This document shows, piece by piece, positions 1-11,872 of a DNA stretch of 32,000 nt. Numbering within the stretch: position 1 is the stretch's first letter; each line of letters begins with the position of its first letter. Location of the stretch: the NCBI RefSeq assembly GCF_000195855.1, contig NC_002677.1, forward strand, positions 120,001 to 152,000. The letters run 5' to 3'. The translations under genes and the position numbers were made by a program. The notes under the pieces were generated by a model, which had not been told where the DNA came from, searched no databases, and saw only the letters and a list, made by a program, of their open reading frames with translations. This DNA comes from Mycobacterium leprae TN. GTDB lineage: Bacteria; Actinomycetota; Actinomycetes; Mycobacteriales; Mycobacteriaceae.

Positions 1-768
1 AGCCTGCTGTGGCTGGGGGTTGCGGGTTGGTCGCTGTGGGCAGCTAACTCGCCGGGGATGGGTGATGACGCCACCAACGTCAGCTACTCGGGGATCGTCG
101 ACGAGCGACGCTTCTACGCGCAGGCAACCGGTCACGCCCATCCGTTGACTGCGGCCGATTACCTGGGTTATCCACGGATGGCTGCGGTCCTGGTAGCACT
201 CAACAACACCCCTGACGGCGCGTTGTTGCTACCATCTGGCAACTACATTAAGTGGGATCTTGTGCCGATGATCCAGCTGTCGCCATCTTCACCAGGAAGT
301 CCCCCGGACAGCCTAGTGTCCCAAAAACCCCAGCACACGGTATTTTTCACCAACCTCGGTATGCTTGGCATGAACGTCGGGCTCGATGTCAGGGTGATCG
401 ACCAGATCGGGTTGGCAAATCCTCTGGCGCAGCACACCGAACGGCTGCAGCACGGCCGGATCGGGCATGACAAAAACCTCTTCCCGGACTGGGTGATCGC
501 CGACGGTCCCTGGGTGAAATGGTACCCAGGTATTCCTGGCTATCTTGATCAGGCATGGATTGCGCAAGCGGTAGCGGCCCTGCAGTGCTCCGGGACCCAG
601 GCGGTGCTGAGCTCGGTGCGCGCCCCGATGGCCTTGCATCGGTTCATCTCCAACCTGTTGAATTCGTTTGAGTTCACCCGGTACCGGTTCGACCGTGTTC
701 CGCTCTACGAGCTCGTTAGGTGTGGGCTGCCGGTGCCTGACGTGCTTCCTGCTACCCCGCCCGAATGA
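1..768 (+). CDS. aftB: Arabinofuranosyltransferase AftB, C-terminal part (5' end lies left of the window)
   Basis: Frame 1 is open from base 1 (SLLWLGVAGWSLWAANSPGM...) into ORF 58..768, with stop TGA at 766-768. It lies directly upstream of and co-oriented with fbpA, as Rv3805c does in M. tuberculosis. The assignment rests mainly on synteny. Confidence 0.7.
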   Translation, partial: SLLWLGVAGWSLWAANSPGMGDDATNVSYSGIVDERRFYAQATGHAHPLTAADYLGYPRMAAVLVALNNTPDGALLLPSGNYIKWDLVPMIQLSPSSPGSPPDSLVSQKPQHTVFFTNLGMLGMNVGLDVRVIDQIGLANPLAQHTERLQHGRIGHDKNLFPDWVIADGPWVKWYPGIPGYLDQAWIAQAVAALQCSGTQAVLSSVRAPMALHRFISNLLNSFEFTRYRFDRVPLYELVRCGLPVPDVLPATPPE

Positions 769-829
769 GCACTCGGCGACGATTCGCAAATGCGTGAAGT
801 TGGCATTTTCGGTCGTTGTGTCGACCTGA

Positions 830-2149
<1,320 letters not shown>

Positions 2150-2157
2150 CCTATACC

Positions 2158-2195
2158 GCTAACGGCGGCGACCTGTGGAGGTCGCCGCCGTTAGC
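2158..2195 (+). terminator. Intrinsic-terminator-like hairpin after fbpA
   Basis: Perfect 16-bp inverted repeat GCTAACGGCGGCGACC (2158-2173) / GGTCGCCGCCGTTAGC (2180-2195) with loop TGTGGA, followed by TATTT. It begins 9 nt after the fbpA stop. Confidence 0.6.
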
Positions 2196-2309
2196 TATTT
2201 CCGGGTAGCTTCAACCCGTGTGGTGTTATTCACTACCCCACGGAGGTGGGTTCGCCTTGCATCGAATCATCGAATACTGTTCACGCAGCATCGGCGATGG
2301 AGGTTAGGC

Positions 2310-3215
2310 GTGCGGGGTCTGTCAGCAGTTGTGCGGGTGCTCTGCGTCGCCGCCCTGGCAGTAGGGGTGTTCGCTGCGGCCGTACTACTGGCGGGAACCG
2401 CTGGCAACGCCAAGGCTGCGGGTTACGAATCCTTGATGGTGCCGTCGAACGCAATGGGCCGGGATATTCCGGTCGCTTTCATGGCCGGGGGGCCGCACGC
2501 GGTGTACCTGCTTGATGCCTTCAACGCCGCCTTGGATGTCAGTAACTGGGTTACTGCGGGCAATGCGATGACCACGTTGGGAGGCAGGGGTATCTCGGTG
2601 GTGGCTCCCGCCGGCGGCGCCTACAGCATGTACACAAACTGGGAGAATGACGGCAGCAAGCAGTGGGATACCTTCCTGTCCAGCGAGCTTCCCGACTGGC
2701 TGGCCACCAAACGGGGTTTGGCGCCCGACGGCCACGCGGCCGTCGGCGCCTCGCAGGGTGGGTATGCTGCGCTGGCGCTGGCGGCTTTCCACCCCGACCG
2801 TTTCGGCTTCGCTGGTTCGTTGTCCGGGTTTGTGTACCCCTCGAGCACAAACTACAATGGTGCCATTCTTGCTGGCCTGCAGCAGTTTGGCGGTATCGAC
2901 GGCAACGGGATGTGGGGCGCCCCGCAGCTGGGCCGGTGGAAGTGGCATGACCCCTACGTGCATGCTTCGCTTTTGGCGCAGAACAACACCCGCGTGTGGG
3001 TCTACAGTCCGATGACTATGGGTGGCGACATCGACGCAATGATTGGTCAGGCAGTCGCATCGATGGGCAGCTCCCGGGAGTTTTACCAACAGTACCGCAG
3101 CGTCGGTGGGCACAACGGTCACTTTGACTTCTCGGGTGGTGGTGACAACGGCTGGGGGGCGTGGGCGCCGCAGTTGGCTGCTATGTCGGGCGATATCGTC
3201 GGCGCCATTCGCTAG
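2310..3215 (+). CDS. fbpD: Ag85-family paralogue MPT51/FbpD-like secreted alpha/beta-hydrolase-fold protein (301 aa)
   Basis: GTG at 2310 is preceded by GGAGG (2299-2303). The signal-like N-terminus is VRGLSAVVRVLCVAALAVG...AKAA. The mature part, GYESLMVPSNAMGRDIPVAFMAGGPHAVYLLDAF..., parallels my recollection of M. tuberculosis MPT51 (Rv3803c). The ORF-track start at 2175 overlaps the fbpA terminator and is unlikely. Confidence 0.85.
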   Translation: MRGLSAVVRVLCVAALAVGVFAAAVLLAGTAGNAKAAGYESLMVPSNAMGRDIPVAFMAGGPHAVYLLDAFNAALDVSNWVTAGNAMTTLGGRGISVVAPAGGAYSMYTNWENDGSKQWDTFLSSELPDWLATKRGLAPDGHAAVGASQGGYAALALAAFHPDRFGFAGSLSGFVYPSSTNYNGAILAGLQQFGGIDGNGMWGAPQLGRWKWHDPYVHASLLAQNNTRVWVYSPMTMGGDIDAMIGQAVASMGSSREFYQQYRSVGGHNGHFDFSGGGDNGWGAWAPQLAAMSGDIVGAIR

Positions 3216-3369
3216 GGAGGAACCAGTGGCACGGGAGGTGTTGTGGTGACGAGCCGGTATCGTGTATGGGGCGTGCTCGGATGGTTAGCGGTGAGCATCG
3301 CCACCGCACACCGTATGTGCACCGGAACCTTCCGAGGGACCTGCCGATTCTGTTAGCAGGAGATCCCGA

Positions 3370-4380
3370 ATGGTCGAGAAAGTGCCACGTAAGCGCCACC
3401 GAGTCCTCGCCTGGACGGCTGCCTTGTCGATGGCGGCCGTCGTGGCGCTGGCCATTGTGGCTGTGGTGATCCTGTTGCGCAGCGCCGAATCCCCGCGCAG
3501 TTCACTGCCTCCCGGTGTGCTGCCCATTCCGTCTACCGCACCTCACCCCCGGAAACCCCGACCCGCTTTTCAAGACGTGTCCTGCCCCGATGTGCAGTTG
3601 CTCGTTGTTCCTGGCACTTGGGAGTCGTCTTTGCAGGACAATCCACTTGATCCGGTGCAATTTCCCGATGCGTTGCTGCGCAACTCGACTATGACGATCG
3701 GCCAGCAGTTTCCCACCTCCCGAGTGCAGACGTACACGATTCCGTACACCGCGCAGTTCCACAATCCGCTAAGTGGCGACAAGCAGATGACCTATAACGA
3801 CAGCCGTGCGGAAGGTACCCGCGCAATGGTTCAAGAGATGATCAATGTGAATAACAAGTGCCCGTTGACTAGTTACGTACTGGTGGGTTTTTCGCAGGGC
3901 GCGGTGATCGCCGGCGACATTACCAGCGATATCGGGAACGGCCACGGACCCGTCGATGACGATCTGGTGCTCGGTGTGACACTGATTGCCGATGGCCGTC
4001 GGCAACAGGGAGTTGGTAACGACATCGGGCCCAACCCTCCGGGTGAGGGTGCCGAGGTTACCTTGCATGAGGTGCCAGTTCTGTCGGGGCTCGGTATGAC
4101 CATGACGGGCGCGCGGCCTGGTGGGTTTGGCGTGCTGCACAGTAGGACCAATGAGATTTGCGCTCCCGGCGACCTCATTTGCGCTGCCCCAGCGGAGGCA
4201 TTCAGTGTCGCTAATCTGCCTGCCACACTGAACACCCTGGCCAGCGGCGCCGGTCAGCCTATCCACGCGATGTATGCTACTGCCCAGTTCTGGGATCTTG
4301 ACGGAGCGCCCGCGACCGTTTGGACATTGAATTGGGTACATCGGCTTATCGAAGGTGCGCCGCATCCTAAACATGGATGA
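3370..4380 (+). CDS. culp6: Cutinase-like serine esterase/phospholipase, membrane anchored (Rv3802c orthologue, 336 aa)
   Basis: [15 protein letters not shown] is followed by a hydrophobic anchor ([20 protein letters not shown]). It has the GFSQGA serine motif and a conserved C-terminus ...[15 protein letters not shown]. Length and position match Rv3802c. Confidence 0.9.
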   Translation: MVEKVPRKRHRVLAWTAALSMAAVVALAIVAVVILLRSAESPRSSLPPGVLPIPSTAPHPRKPRPAFQDVSCPDVQLLVVPGTWESSLQDNPLDPVQFPDALLRNSTMTIGQQFPTSRVQTYTIPYTAQFHNPLSGDKQMTYNDSRAEGTRAMVQEMINVNNKCPLTSYVLVGFSQGAVIAGDITSDIGNGHGPVDDDLVLGVTLIADGRRQQGVGNDIGPNPPGEGAEVTLHEVPVLSGLGMTMTGARPGGFGVLHSRTNEICAPGDLICAAPAEAFSVANLPATLNTLASGAGQPIHAMYATAQFWDLDGAPATVWTLNWVHRLIEGAPHPKHG

Positions 4381-4598
4381 GATGGCCTAGAATAGGCCTC
4401 TAGTGTGCACGATCACCGTAACCTTGTGATTTGGTCTGTCGCGCGAGACCACTTAACATTAAGAGAAATTTAAGATCATGTGGTTGACCCGTTCGGGTCG
4501 AAGCTAGCAGTGGCCAGCGCACGCCTAAATGTGCGTCGTTCGAAGGTTGGCCCGGGTGCAGGTTGGAACTGTCGGCGAAGCCGACCGAGAGATGTGTC

Positions 4599-6506
4599 GT
4601 GACAGGAGAGGGTCGCATGGCGTACCACAACCCGTTCATTGTGAATGGAAAGATCAGGTTCCCGCCTAATACCAACCTGGTCCGTCACGTCGAAAAGTGG
4701 GCAAAGGTTCGCGGCGACAAGTTGGCTTATCGATTCCTGGACTTCTCCACCGGCCGCGATGGTGTCGCGCGCGACATTTTGTGGTCCGAATTCAGCGCCC
4801 GCAACCGAGCGGTGGGCGCCCGCTTACAACAAGTCACCCAGCCGGGTGACCGCATCGCCATCCTATGTCCGCAGAACCTGGACTACCTGATCTCCTTCTT
4901 CGGTGCCCTGTATTCCGGCCGGATCGCGGTGCCGTTGTTCGACCCGGCCGAGCCGGGGCATGTCGGCCGGTTACACGCAGTGCTCGACGATTGCACTCCC
5001 TCGACTATCCTAACTACCACCGACTCCGCCGAAGGTGTCCGCAAGTTCATCCGGGGTCGGTTTGCTAAGGAGCGAACTCGCGTTATCGCGGTTGACGCAG
5101 TGCCCAACGAGGTTGCCGCCACCTGGCAGCAGCCTGAGGCAAACGAGGAAACCGTGGCCTATCTGCAGTACACGTCGGGCTCCACCCGCATTCCGAGCGG
5201 CGTGCAGATCACCCACCTGAACCTACCCACCAATGTATTGCAGGTGCTGAATTCCCTGCAAGGACAGGAAGGCGACCGTGGGGTCAGCTGGCTTCCGTTC
5301 TTCCACGACATGGGTCTTATTACGGTGCTGCTCCCGTCGGTTCTTGGTCACAGCTTTACCTTTATGACGCCCGCGGCGTTCGTGCGTCGGCCCGGTCGCT
5401 GGATTCGCGAACTTGCGCGTAAGCCCGAAGACACCGGCGGCACCTTCTCGGCGGCGCCGAACTTCGCGTTTGAACACGCCGCGATGCGTGGACTGCCTCG
5501 AGATGACGAGTTGCCACTGGATCTGAGTAACGTCAAAGGCATCCTCAACGGCAGCGAGCCGGTGTCACCGGCGTCGATGCGCAAGTTTTTCGAAGCGTTT
5601 GCGCCGTACGGTTTGAAGCAGACCGCCGTCAAGCCGTCCTACGGGCTAGCCGAAGCTACACTGTTTGTCTCGACCACCCCGATGGACGAGTCGCCCACGG
5701 TGATCCACGTGGACCGCTACGAGCTGAACAATCAGCGATTCGTGGAGGTGCCCGCTGATGCACCGAACGCGGTAGCCCAGGTTTCCGCGGGCAAGGTCGG
5801 GGTGAGCGAATGGGCGATCATCGTCGATGCCGACACTGCCAGTGAGTTACCAGACGGGCAGATCGGTGAGATCTGGCTGCACGGCAACAACCTCGGTACC
5901 GGTTATTGGGGCAAGGAAGAAGAGTCCGCCCAGACCTTCAACAACATCCTCAAATCTCGGATCAGTGAGTCGCGTGCCGAAGGAGCCTCCGACGACGCGT
6001 CGTGGGTGCGTACCGGAGACTACGGCACCTACTTCAAGGACCATCTCTATATAGCCGGCCGGATCAAGGACCTCGTCATCATCGATGGCCGCAACCATTA
6101 CCCGCAGGACCTGGAATACACGGCACAGGAATCGACTAAGGCGTTGCGCGTTGGCTACGTAGCCGCCTTCTCCGTCCCCGCCAACCAATTGGCCCAGGTG
6201 GTGCTCGAGGACCCGCACGTCGGCCTAAAGTTCGATGCCGAGGACACCTCCGAGCAGTTGGTGATCGTCGGGGAGCGCGCTGCTGGCACGCACAAGCTTG
6301 ACTACCAGCCCATCGTTGACGACATCCGCGCGGCTATCGCTGTGAGGCATGGGGTGGCGGTGCGTGATGTGCTGCTGGTGCCGGCCGGAACGATTCCCCG
6401 CACTTCCAGCGGCAAGATCGGCCGGCGCGCCTGCCGCGCCGCCTACATTGACGGTAGTCTGCGCAGCGGCGCCAGCTCTCCGACGGTTTTCGCTGCTGAA
6501 TTCTGA
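4599..6506 (+). CDS. fadD32: Fatty-acyl-AMP ligase FadD32
   Basis: The sequence ...[49 protein letters not shown] contains the AMP-binding core [15 protein letters not shown]. The start is ambiguous. GTG 4599 aligns with the M. tuberculosis N-terminus (MFVTGESGMAYHNP), while ATG 4617 has a better SD (AGGAGA at 4604-4609). The TTG at 4563 used by the track is probably too far upstream. Confidence 0.9.
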   Translation: MTGEGRMAYHNPFIVNGKIRFPPNTNLVRHVEKWAKVRGDKLAYRFLDFSTGRDGVARDILWSEFSARNRAVGARLQQVTQPGDRIAILCPQNLDYLISFFGALYSGRIAVPLFDPAEPGHVGRLHAVLDDCTPSTILTTTDSAEGVRKFIRGRFAKERTRVIAVDAVPNEVAATWQQPEANEETVAYLQYTSGSTRIPSGVQITHLNLPTNVLQVLNSLQGQEGDRGVSWLPFFHDMGLITVLLPSVLGHSFTFMTPAAFVRRPGRWIRELARKPEDTGGTFSAAPNFAFEHAAMRGLPRDDELPLDLSNVKGILNGSEPVSPASMRKFFEAFAPYGLKQTAVKPSYGLAEATLFVSTTPMDESPTVIHVDRYELNNQRFVEVPADAPNAVAQVSAGKVGVSEWAIIVDADTASELPDGQIGEIWLHGNNLGTGYWGKEEESAQTFNNILKSRISESRAEGASDDASWVRTGDYGTYFKDHLYIAGRIKDLVIIDGRNHYPQDLEYTAQESTKALRVGYVAAFSVPANQLAQVVLEDPHVGLKFDAEDTSEQLVIVGERAAGTHKLDYQPIVDDIRAAIAVRHGVAVRDVLLVPAGTIPRTSSGKIGRRACRAAYIDGSLRSGASSPTVFAAEF

Positions 6507-6517
6507 GCAAGGCACAC

Positions 6518-9500
6518 ATGGCTGACGTAGACGCACCCCAATTGAACCAGGACCCTCCCCAATTGAACCAGGACCCTCAAGCGAACCTCCCCGCTGAGAA
6601 GACCAAGATGCGCTTCGGCGACGATGCAGAGCGAAGCGATGAGGAAGTGCGGCGTATAACACGCATAACAACTGTGCCCGAGATGCGGCAATGGTTGCGC
6701 AATTGGGTAGGTAAAGTCGTCGGGAAATCTCCCGACGACATCGACGAGTCGGCGCCTATGGTGGAGCTCGGATTGGCGTCGCGGGATGCTGTGGCGATGG
6801 CCGCCGACATCGAAGATCTGACCGGAGTTACCCTGTCGGTTGCGGTGGCATTCCAGTATCCGACCATCGAATCTTTAGCGAACCGCATTATCGAGGGCGA
6901 ATCGGAAACGATCGACGACGACACCGACGCTTTCGACTGGTCGCGTACAGGCTCCGCAGAGCGCATCGATATCGCGGTGGTGGGCTTGTCGACGCGGCTG
7001 CCGGGAGATATGAACTCCCCCGAGGAAACCTGGCGGGCGCTGCTGGAAGGCCGCGACGCCATCACTGATCTGCCCGCCGGCCGTTGGTCGGAATTCCTTG
7101 GCGAACCACGGCTGGCGCAGCGAATCGCGCAGGCTCGCACTCGTGGCGGCTATTTGAAGGACATTAAGGGTTTTGACTCAGATTTCTTTGCTGTAGCCAA
7201 GACCGAAGCCGAAAACATCGACCCGCAGCAGCGGATGGCGCTGGAACTCACATGGGAAGCCCTCGAGCATGCCCGCATTCCCGCGTCGAGTCTGCGTGGC
7301 GAGGCTGTCGGCGTGTATATCGGCAGCTCCACCAACGACTACAGCTTCTTAGCGGTTTCCGACCCAACGATAGCCCACCCCTATGCGATCACCGGTACCA
7401 GCAGTTCTATTATCGCTAACCGGGTATCGTACTTCTACGATTTCCGCGGGCCGTCGGTCACTATCGATACCGCATGTTCGAGTTCGCTAGTGGCAATTCA
7501 TCAGGGCGTGCAGGCACTGCGCAACGGCGAAGCCGATGTGGTTGTGGCCGGCGGTGTTAATGCCTTGATCACGCCAATGGTGACTCTTGGTTTCGACGAG
7601 ATTGGTTCGGTGCTGGCTCCTGACGGACGGATCAAGTCCTTCTCGTCGGATGCCGATGGCTACACCCGCTCTGAGGGTGGCGGTGTGCTGGTACTCAAGC
7701 GGGTGAACGACGCCCGCCGTGACGGGGACCAGATCCTGGCGGTGATCGCCGGCAGCGCGGTAAACCATGACGGTCGGTCCAACGGTCTGATTGCACCCAA
7801 CCAAGACGCTCAGGCCGACGTGCTGCGCCGGGCCTACAAGGACGCCGGTATCGACCCGCGTACCGTCGACTATATCGAAGCGCACGGCACCGGTACCGTC
7901 CTGGGTGACCCGATCGAGGCTGAGGCGCTAGGTCGCGTCGTGGGTAGGGGGCGTCCCGCTGATCGGCCGGCGTTGCTAGGTGCAGTGAAAACCAATGTGG
8001 GACACCTGGAATCGGCGGCTGGTGCCGCTAGCATGGTCAAAGTGGTGCTGGCTCTGCAGCATGACAAGTTGCCGCCGTCGATCAATTTCGCCGGACCCAG
8101 CCCGTACATCGACTTCGATGCGATGCGCCTGAAGGTTATCGACACGGCGACCGACTGGCCGCGCTACGGCGGTTACGCGCTCGCCGGGGTGTCGAGCTTC
8201 GGTTTTGGCGGTGCCAACGCGCACCTGGTGGTGCGTGAGGTGTTGCCGAGGGATGTCATCGAACCTGAGCGGCAACCAGAGTCTCCTGTGCCAGCGGCGG
8301 CCACAACCGAGACAGCCATGCTGGAAGGCCGTGTACTGCGGTTTGACGAATGCGGCGAGATCATTACCGACGTCGCCGACTTTGGAGAATCTGAGCCCGA
8401 GCTGCCGGGTATGACCGACGAGGCGTTGCAGCTCAAGCAAGCTGCACTGGAAGCGCTTGCAGTAAAACAAGTTACGGCCCCCTTGATTCCGTTGGTAGTG
8501 TCATCATTTTTAACCTCACGCAAGAAAGCCGCCGCTGCTGAGCTGGCGGATTGGATGGACAGCCCGCAAGGCCGTGCGTCGTCGCTGGAGTCGATTGGTC
8601 GATCGCTGTCACGGCGTAACCACGGTCGCTCCCGTGCAGTAGTGCTGGCCCATTACCATGACGAGGCTATCGAAGGTTTTCGGGCGATCGCCGAGGGCAA
8701 GCAGCGGCCGCACGTGTTCAGCGTCGACGGCCCGGTGACCAACGGCCCGGTGTGGGTGTTCGCCGGGTTCGGTGCGCAGCACCGCGAGATGGGCAAGAGC
8801 CTGTATTTACGAAACCAGGTCTTTGCCGAGTGGATTGAGAAGGTCGACGCCCTCGTGCAAGATGAGCGAGGCTATTCGGTGCTTGAGCTTATTCTAGATG
8901 ATGCGCAGGATTACGGTATCGAGACCACTCAGGTAACCATTTTCGCGATCCAGATCGCACTCGGTGAGCTGCTTAAGCATCACGGAGCCAAGCCTGCAGC
9001 AGTGGTCGGTCAGTCGCTAGGCGAGGCTGCATGCGCCTACTTTGTTGGTGGGTTGTCGTTGCGCGACGCGACTCGGGCGATCTGCTCGCGTTCGCATTTG
9101 ATGGGTGAGGGCGAGGCGATGCTGTTTGGCGAGTACATCCGTCTGATGGCGTTGGTGGAGTACTCCGCCGACGAGATCAAGACGGTGTTCTCCGATTTCC
9201 CCGATTTAGAGGTGTGCGTCTACGCCGCACCCACCCAGATCGTCATCGGCGGTCCGCCTGAGCAGGTGGACGCGATCATCGCCCGCGCCAAAGCTGAGGG
9301 CAAGTTCGCCCGCAAATTCGCAACCAAGGGCGCCAGCCACACCCAGCAGATGGATCCCCTGCTCGGCGAACTCGCTGCGGAACTGCAGGGCATCAAGCCG
9401 ATGAGCCCGACTGCCGGCATCTACTCGACGGTGCACGAGGGCAGCTACATCAAGCCCGGCTCCGACCCGATTCACGACGTGGATTATTGGAAGAAGGGGC

Positions 9501-11872
9501 TGCGTCACAGCGTCCATTTCACCCAAGGCATCCGCAATGCCGTCGACAACGGCCACACCACGTTCTTGGAGTTGGCACCCAACGCGGTGGCGCTGATGCA
9601 GGTGGGTCTGACTACGGCAGCGGTTGGTTTGCATGACGCACAGCTGATCCCGACGCTTTCCCGCAATCAAGACGAAGTGGAGTCGATGATCTCCACCATG
9701 GCGCAGCTTTATGTGTATGGCCACGACTTGGACATCTGGACTCTGTTTAGTCGCGCCGTTGGACCCGAGGATTACGCGGACATTCCGCCGACCCGGTTCA
9801 AGCGCAAGGAACATTGGCTCGACGTGCATTTCGCCGGAGACGGTTCGGTGTCCATGCCGGGGAACCATGTTGCATTGCCGGATAGTCGACACGTCTGGGA
9901 ATTCGCCCCCCGGGATAAAACGGATCTTGCGGCGTTGGTGAGAGCCGCTGTATCGCAAGTACTTCCGGGCGCACACTTGACGGCTGCCGAGCAGCGTGCG
10001 ATGCCTGGCGCCGGCGCCAGACTGGTGACGATGTTGACTCGACATCCAGGCGGTGCCTCGGTTCAGGTGCATGCCCGCATCGATGAATCCTTCACGCTGG
10101 TGTATGATGCATTGGTTGCGCGGGGAGGTCAAGAATCGGTTCTGCCGACGGCAGTAGGTGCGGGAACAGCGATCGCTTCGATCACGGTGCCGGCTGATGC
10201 GGTGACGGTAGCCGCCGAGGAGTCGGACGCAGAAATCCTGTCAGATAGCCTGACCAACCGTTATCTACCGTCCGACATGGGCAAGTGGTCACCCGATTCC
10301 GGCGAGACCATTGGTCACCGGTTGAGCACGATTGTGGCTGCGGCCATGGGTTACGAACCTGAAGACCTGCCTTGGGAGGTGCCGCTGGTCGAGCTGGGTT
10401 TGGACTCGTTGATGGCGGTGCGGATCAAGAATCGTGTTGAGTACGATTTCGACCTGCCGCCGATCCAGTTGCAGGCCGTACGCGACGCTAATCTCTACAA
10501 TGTCGAGAAGTTGATCGAGTATGCGATCAAGCACCGAGACGACGTCGAGCAGTTACACGAGTACCAGAAGACCCAGACGGCAGCGGCGATCGCCAAGGCG
10601 CAGATGGAACTGCTCAGTGGCGTGTCGCCGGTGACGCTGCCCGCTTCCGAGGCTCCGATTCCGCCGCCACCCACGGACCCCACTGACCCGCCCAGTAACG
10701 GGGTGCAGCCCAATCTGGTAGCAGCTGCTGAGGCGCTTACCTCAGAAGCGGTTGCCAAGGTGCTCAACTCCGACGTACCGCCGCGTGATGCCGCCGAGCG
10801 GGTCACCTTCGCTGCCTGGGCGATCGTCACTGGAAAGTCCCCAGGCGGCATTTTCGATACTTTGCCCAAACTGGATGGTGACACTGCTGCCAAGATGGCG
10901 CAGCGGCTTTCCGAGCGCGCTGAAGGGACGATCACTGCCGAGGACGTGCTGACGTCGGAGAACATCGAGGCGCTGGCCGGCAAGGTGCGCAACTATTTGG
11001 AGGCTGGACAGATCGATGGGTTCGTCCGCGCTATCCGGCCTCGGGCCGAGGACAGTGCAGAGGGCCCCGCAGGTGAATCCAGAGTGCCGGTGTTTGTTTT
11101 CCACCCCGCAGGAGGCTCGACCGTGGTATACGAGCCGTTGCTCAAACGGCTGCCTGCTGATACCCCGATGTACGGCTTCGAGCGGGTTGAAGGCTCGATC
11201 GAAGAGCGTGTGGCGGTCTACGTGCCGAAGCTAATCGAGATGCAAGGCGACGGCCCCTACATTCTGGCCGGTTGGTCGTTGGGCGGGGTGCTAGCCTACG
11301 CGTGTGCGATCGGGCTGAGGAGCGCGGGTAAAGAGGTCGCGTGGGTGGGGTTGATCGACGCGGTACGTGCGGGCGAGGAGATCCCGCAGACCAAGGAGGA
11401 GATCCGAAAGCGCTGGGACCGTTACGCGCGGTTCGCTGAGAGGACCTTCAACGTTACCGTCCCGGAGATCCCTTACGAGCAGCTTGAGGAACTTGACGAC
11501 GAGGGTCAGGTTCGGTTTGTGCTGGACGTCGTCAGCCAAAGTGGTGTACAGATTCCGGCTGGAATCATCGACCACCAGCGCACGTCGTATCTGGATAACC
11601 GGGCGATCGACACTGCCCAGATTCAGCCATACGACGGGCATGTCACCTTGTATATGGCTGATCGCTACCACGACGACGCGATCATGTTCGAGCCGCGCTA
11701 TGCCGTCCGTAAACCGGACGGCGGCTGGGGAGAGTACGTTTCCGATCTCGAAGTGGTGCCGATCGGTGGCGAGCACATCCAGGCCATCGACGAACCGATC
11801 ATCGCTAAGGTGGGCGAACATATGAGCCAGGCGTTGAACAAGATTGAGGCTGAGCAGAAGGCGCCCAAATGA
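6518..11872 (+). CDS. pks13: Mycolic-acid condensing polyketide synthase Pks13 (ACP-KS-AT-ACP-TE, 1784 aa)
   Basis: Domain motifs were read and located. N-ACP is LGLAS with Ser88 (6779-6781). KS is DTACSSS with Cys320 (7475-7477). AT is GQSLGE with Ser833 (9014-9016). C-ACP is LGLDS with Ser1297 (10406-10408). TE is GWSLGG with Ser1587 (11276-11278). It is collinear with my recollection of M. tuberculosis Pks13. Confidence 0.97.
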   Translation: MADVDAPQLNQDPPQLNQDPQANLPAEKTKMRFGDDAERSDEEVRRITRITTVPEMRQWLRNWVGKVVGKSPDDIDESAPMVELGLASRDAVAMAADIEDLTGVTLSVAVAFQYPTIESLANRIIEGESETIDDDTDAFDWSRTGSAERIDIAVVGLSTRLPGDMNSPEETWRALLEGRDAITDLPAGRWSEFLGEPRLAQRIAQARTRGGYLKDIKGFDSDFFAVAKTEAENIDPQQRMALELTWEALEHARIPASSLRGEAVGVYIGSSTNDYSFLAVSDPTIAHPYAITGTSSSIIANRVSYFYDFRGPSVTIDTACSSSLVAIHQGVQALRNGEADVVVAGGVNALITPMVTLGFDEIGSVLAPDGRIKSFSSDADGYTRSEGGGVLVLKRVNDARRDGDQILAVIAGSAVNHDGRSNGLIAPNQDAQADVLRRAYKDAGIDPRTVDYIEAHGTGTVLGDPIEAEALGRVVGRGRPADRPALLGAVKTNVGHLESAAGAASMVKVVLALQHDKLPPSINFAGPSPYIDFDAMRLKVIDTATDWPRYGGYALAGVSSFGFGGANAHLVVREVLPRDVIEPERQPESPVPAAATTETAMLEGRVLRFDECGEIITDVADFGESEPELPGMTDEALQLKQAALEALAVKQVTAPLIPLVVSSFLTSRKKAAAAELADWMDSPQGRASSLESIGRSLSRRNHGRSRAVVLAHYHDEAIEGFRAIAEGKQRPHVFSVDGPVTNGPVWVFAGFGAQHREMGKSLYLRNQVFAEWIEKVDALVQDERGYSVLELILDDAQDYGIETTQVTIFAIQIALGELLKHHGAKPAAVVGQSLGEAACAYFVGGLSLRDATRAICSRSHLMGEGEAMLFGEYIRLMALVEYSADEIKTVFSDFPDLEVCVYAAPTQIVIGGPPEQVDAIIARAKAEGKFARKFATKGASHTQQMDPLLGELAAELQGIKPMSPTAGIYSTVHEGSYIKPGSDPIHDVDYWKKGLRHSVHFTQGIRNAVDNGHTTFLELAPNAVALMQVGLTTAAVGLHDAQLIPTLSRNQDEVESMISTMAQLYVYGHDLDIWTLFSRAVGPEDYADIPPTRFKRKEHWLDVHFAGDGSVSMPGNHVALPDSRHVWEFAPRDKTDLAALVRAAVSQVLPGAHLTAAEQRAMPGAGARLVTMLTRHPGGASVQVHARIDESFTLVYDALVARGGQESVLPTAVGAGTAIASITVPADAVTVAAEESDAEILSDSLTNRYLPSDMGKWSPDSGETIGHRLSTIVAAAMGYEPEDLPWEVPLVELGLDSLMAVRIKNRVEYDFDLPPIQLQAVRDANLYNVEKLIEYAIKHRDDVEQLHEYQKTQTAAAIAKAQMELLSGVSPVTLPASEAPIPPPPTDPTDPPSNGVQPNLVAAAEALTSEAVAKVLNSDVPPRDAAERVTFAAWAIVTGKSPGGIFDTLPKLDGDTAAKMAQRLSERAEGTITAEDVLTSENIEALAGKVRNYLEAGQIDGFVRAIRPRAEDSAEGPAGESRVPVFVFHPAGGSTVVYEPLLKRLPADTPMYGFERVEGSIEERVAVYVPKLIEMQGDGPYILAGWSLGGVLAYACAIGLRSAGKEVAWVGLIDAVRAGEEIPQTKEEIRKRWDRYARFAERTFNVTVPEIPYEQLEELDDEGQVRFVLDVVSQSGVQIPAGIIDHQRTSYLDNRAIDTAQIQPYDGHVTLYMADRYHDDAIMFEPRYAVRKPDGGWGEYVSDLEVVPIGGEHIQAIDEPIIAKVGEHMSQALNKIEAEQKAPK
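6536..6577 (+). repeat. Perfect in-frame 21-bp tandem duplication (CCCCAATTGAACCAGGACCCT x2) encoding [14 protein letters not shown] at the Pks13 N-terminus
   Basis: Read directly: unit 1 is 6536-6556 and unit 2 is 6557-6577, identical, inside pks13 codons 7-20. Confidence 0.95.

Noticed and set aside
2385-3122. A 245-aa ORF antisense to fbpD, and 3769-4374 antisense to the cutinase-like gene.
   Set aside because: Same reasoning: these are mirror ORFs of conserved genes and no independent coding signal is visible.
6536-6577. Considered whether the 21-bp and 18-bp direct repeats could be CRISPR-like or mobile-element termini.
   Set aside because: There are only two contiguous copies with no spacers. 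One lies in frame inside pks13. No transposase, integrase or inverted-repeat partners are nearby. Simple tandem duplications are the parsimonious reading.
9206-10132. A 308-aa ORF antisense to pks13.
   Set aside because: It is antisense to a conserved coding region. Its composition is Arg/His/Gly-rich with no domain motifs. Such long antisense ORFs are expected by chance because stop codons are rare in GC-rich DNA.
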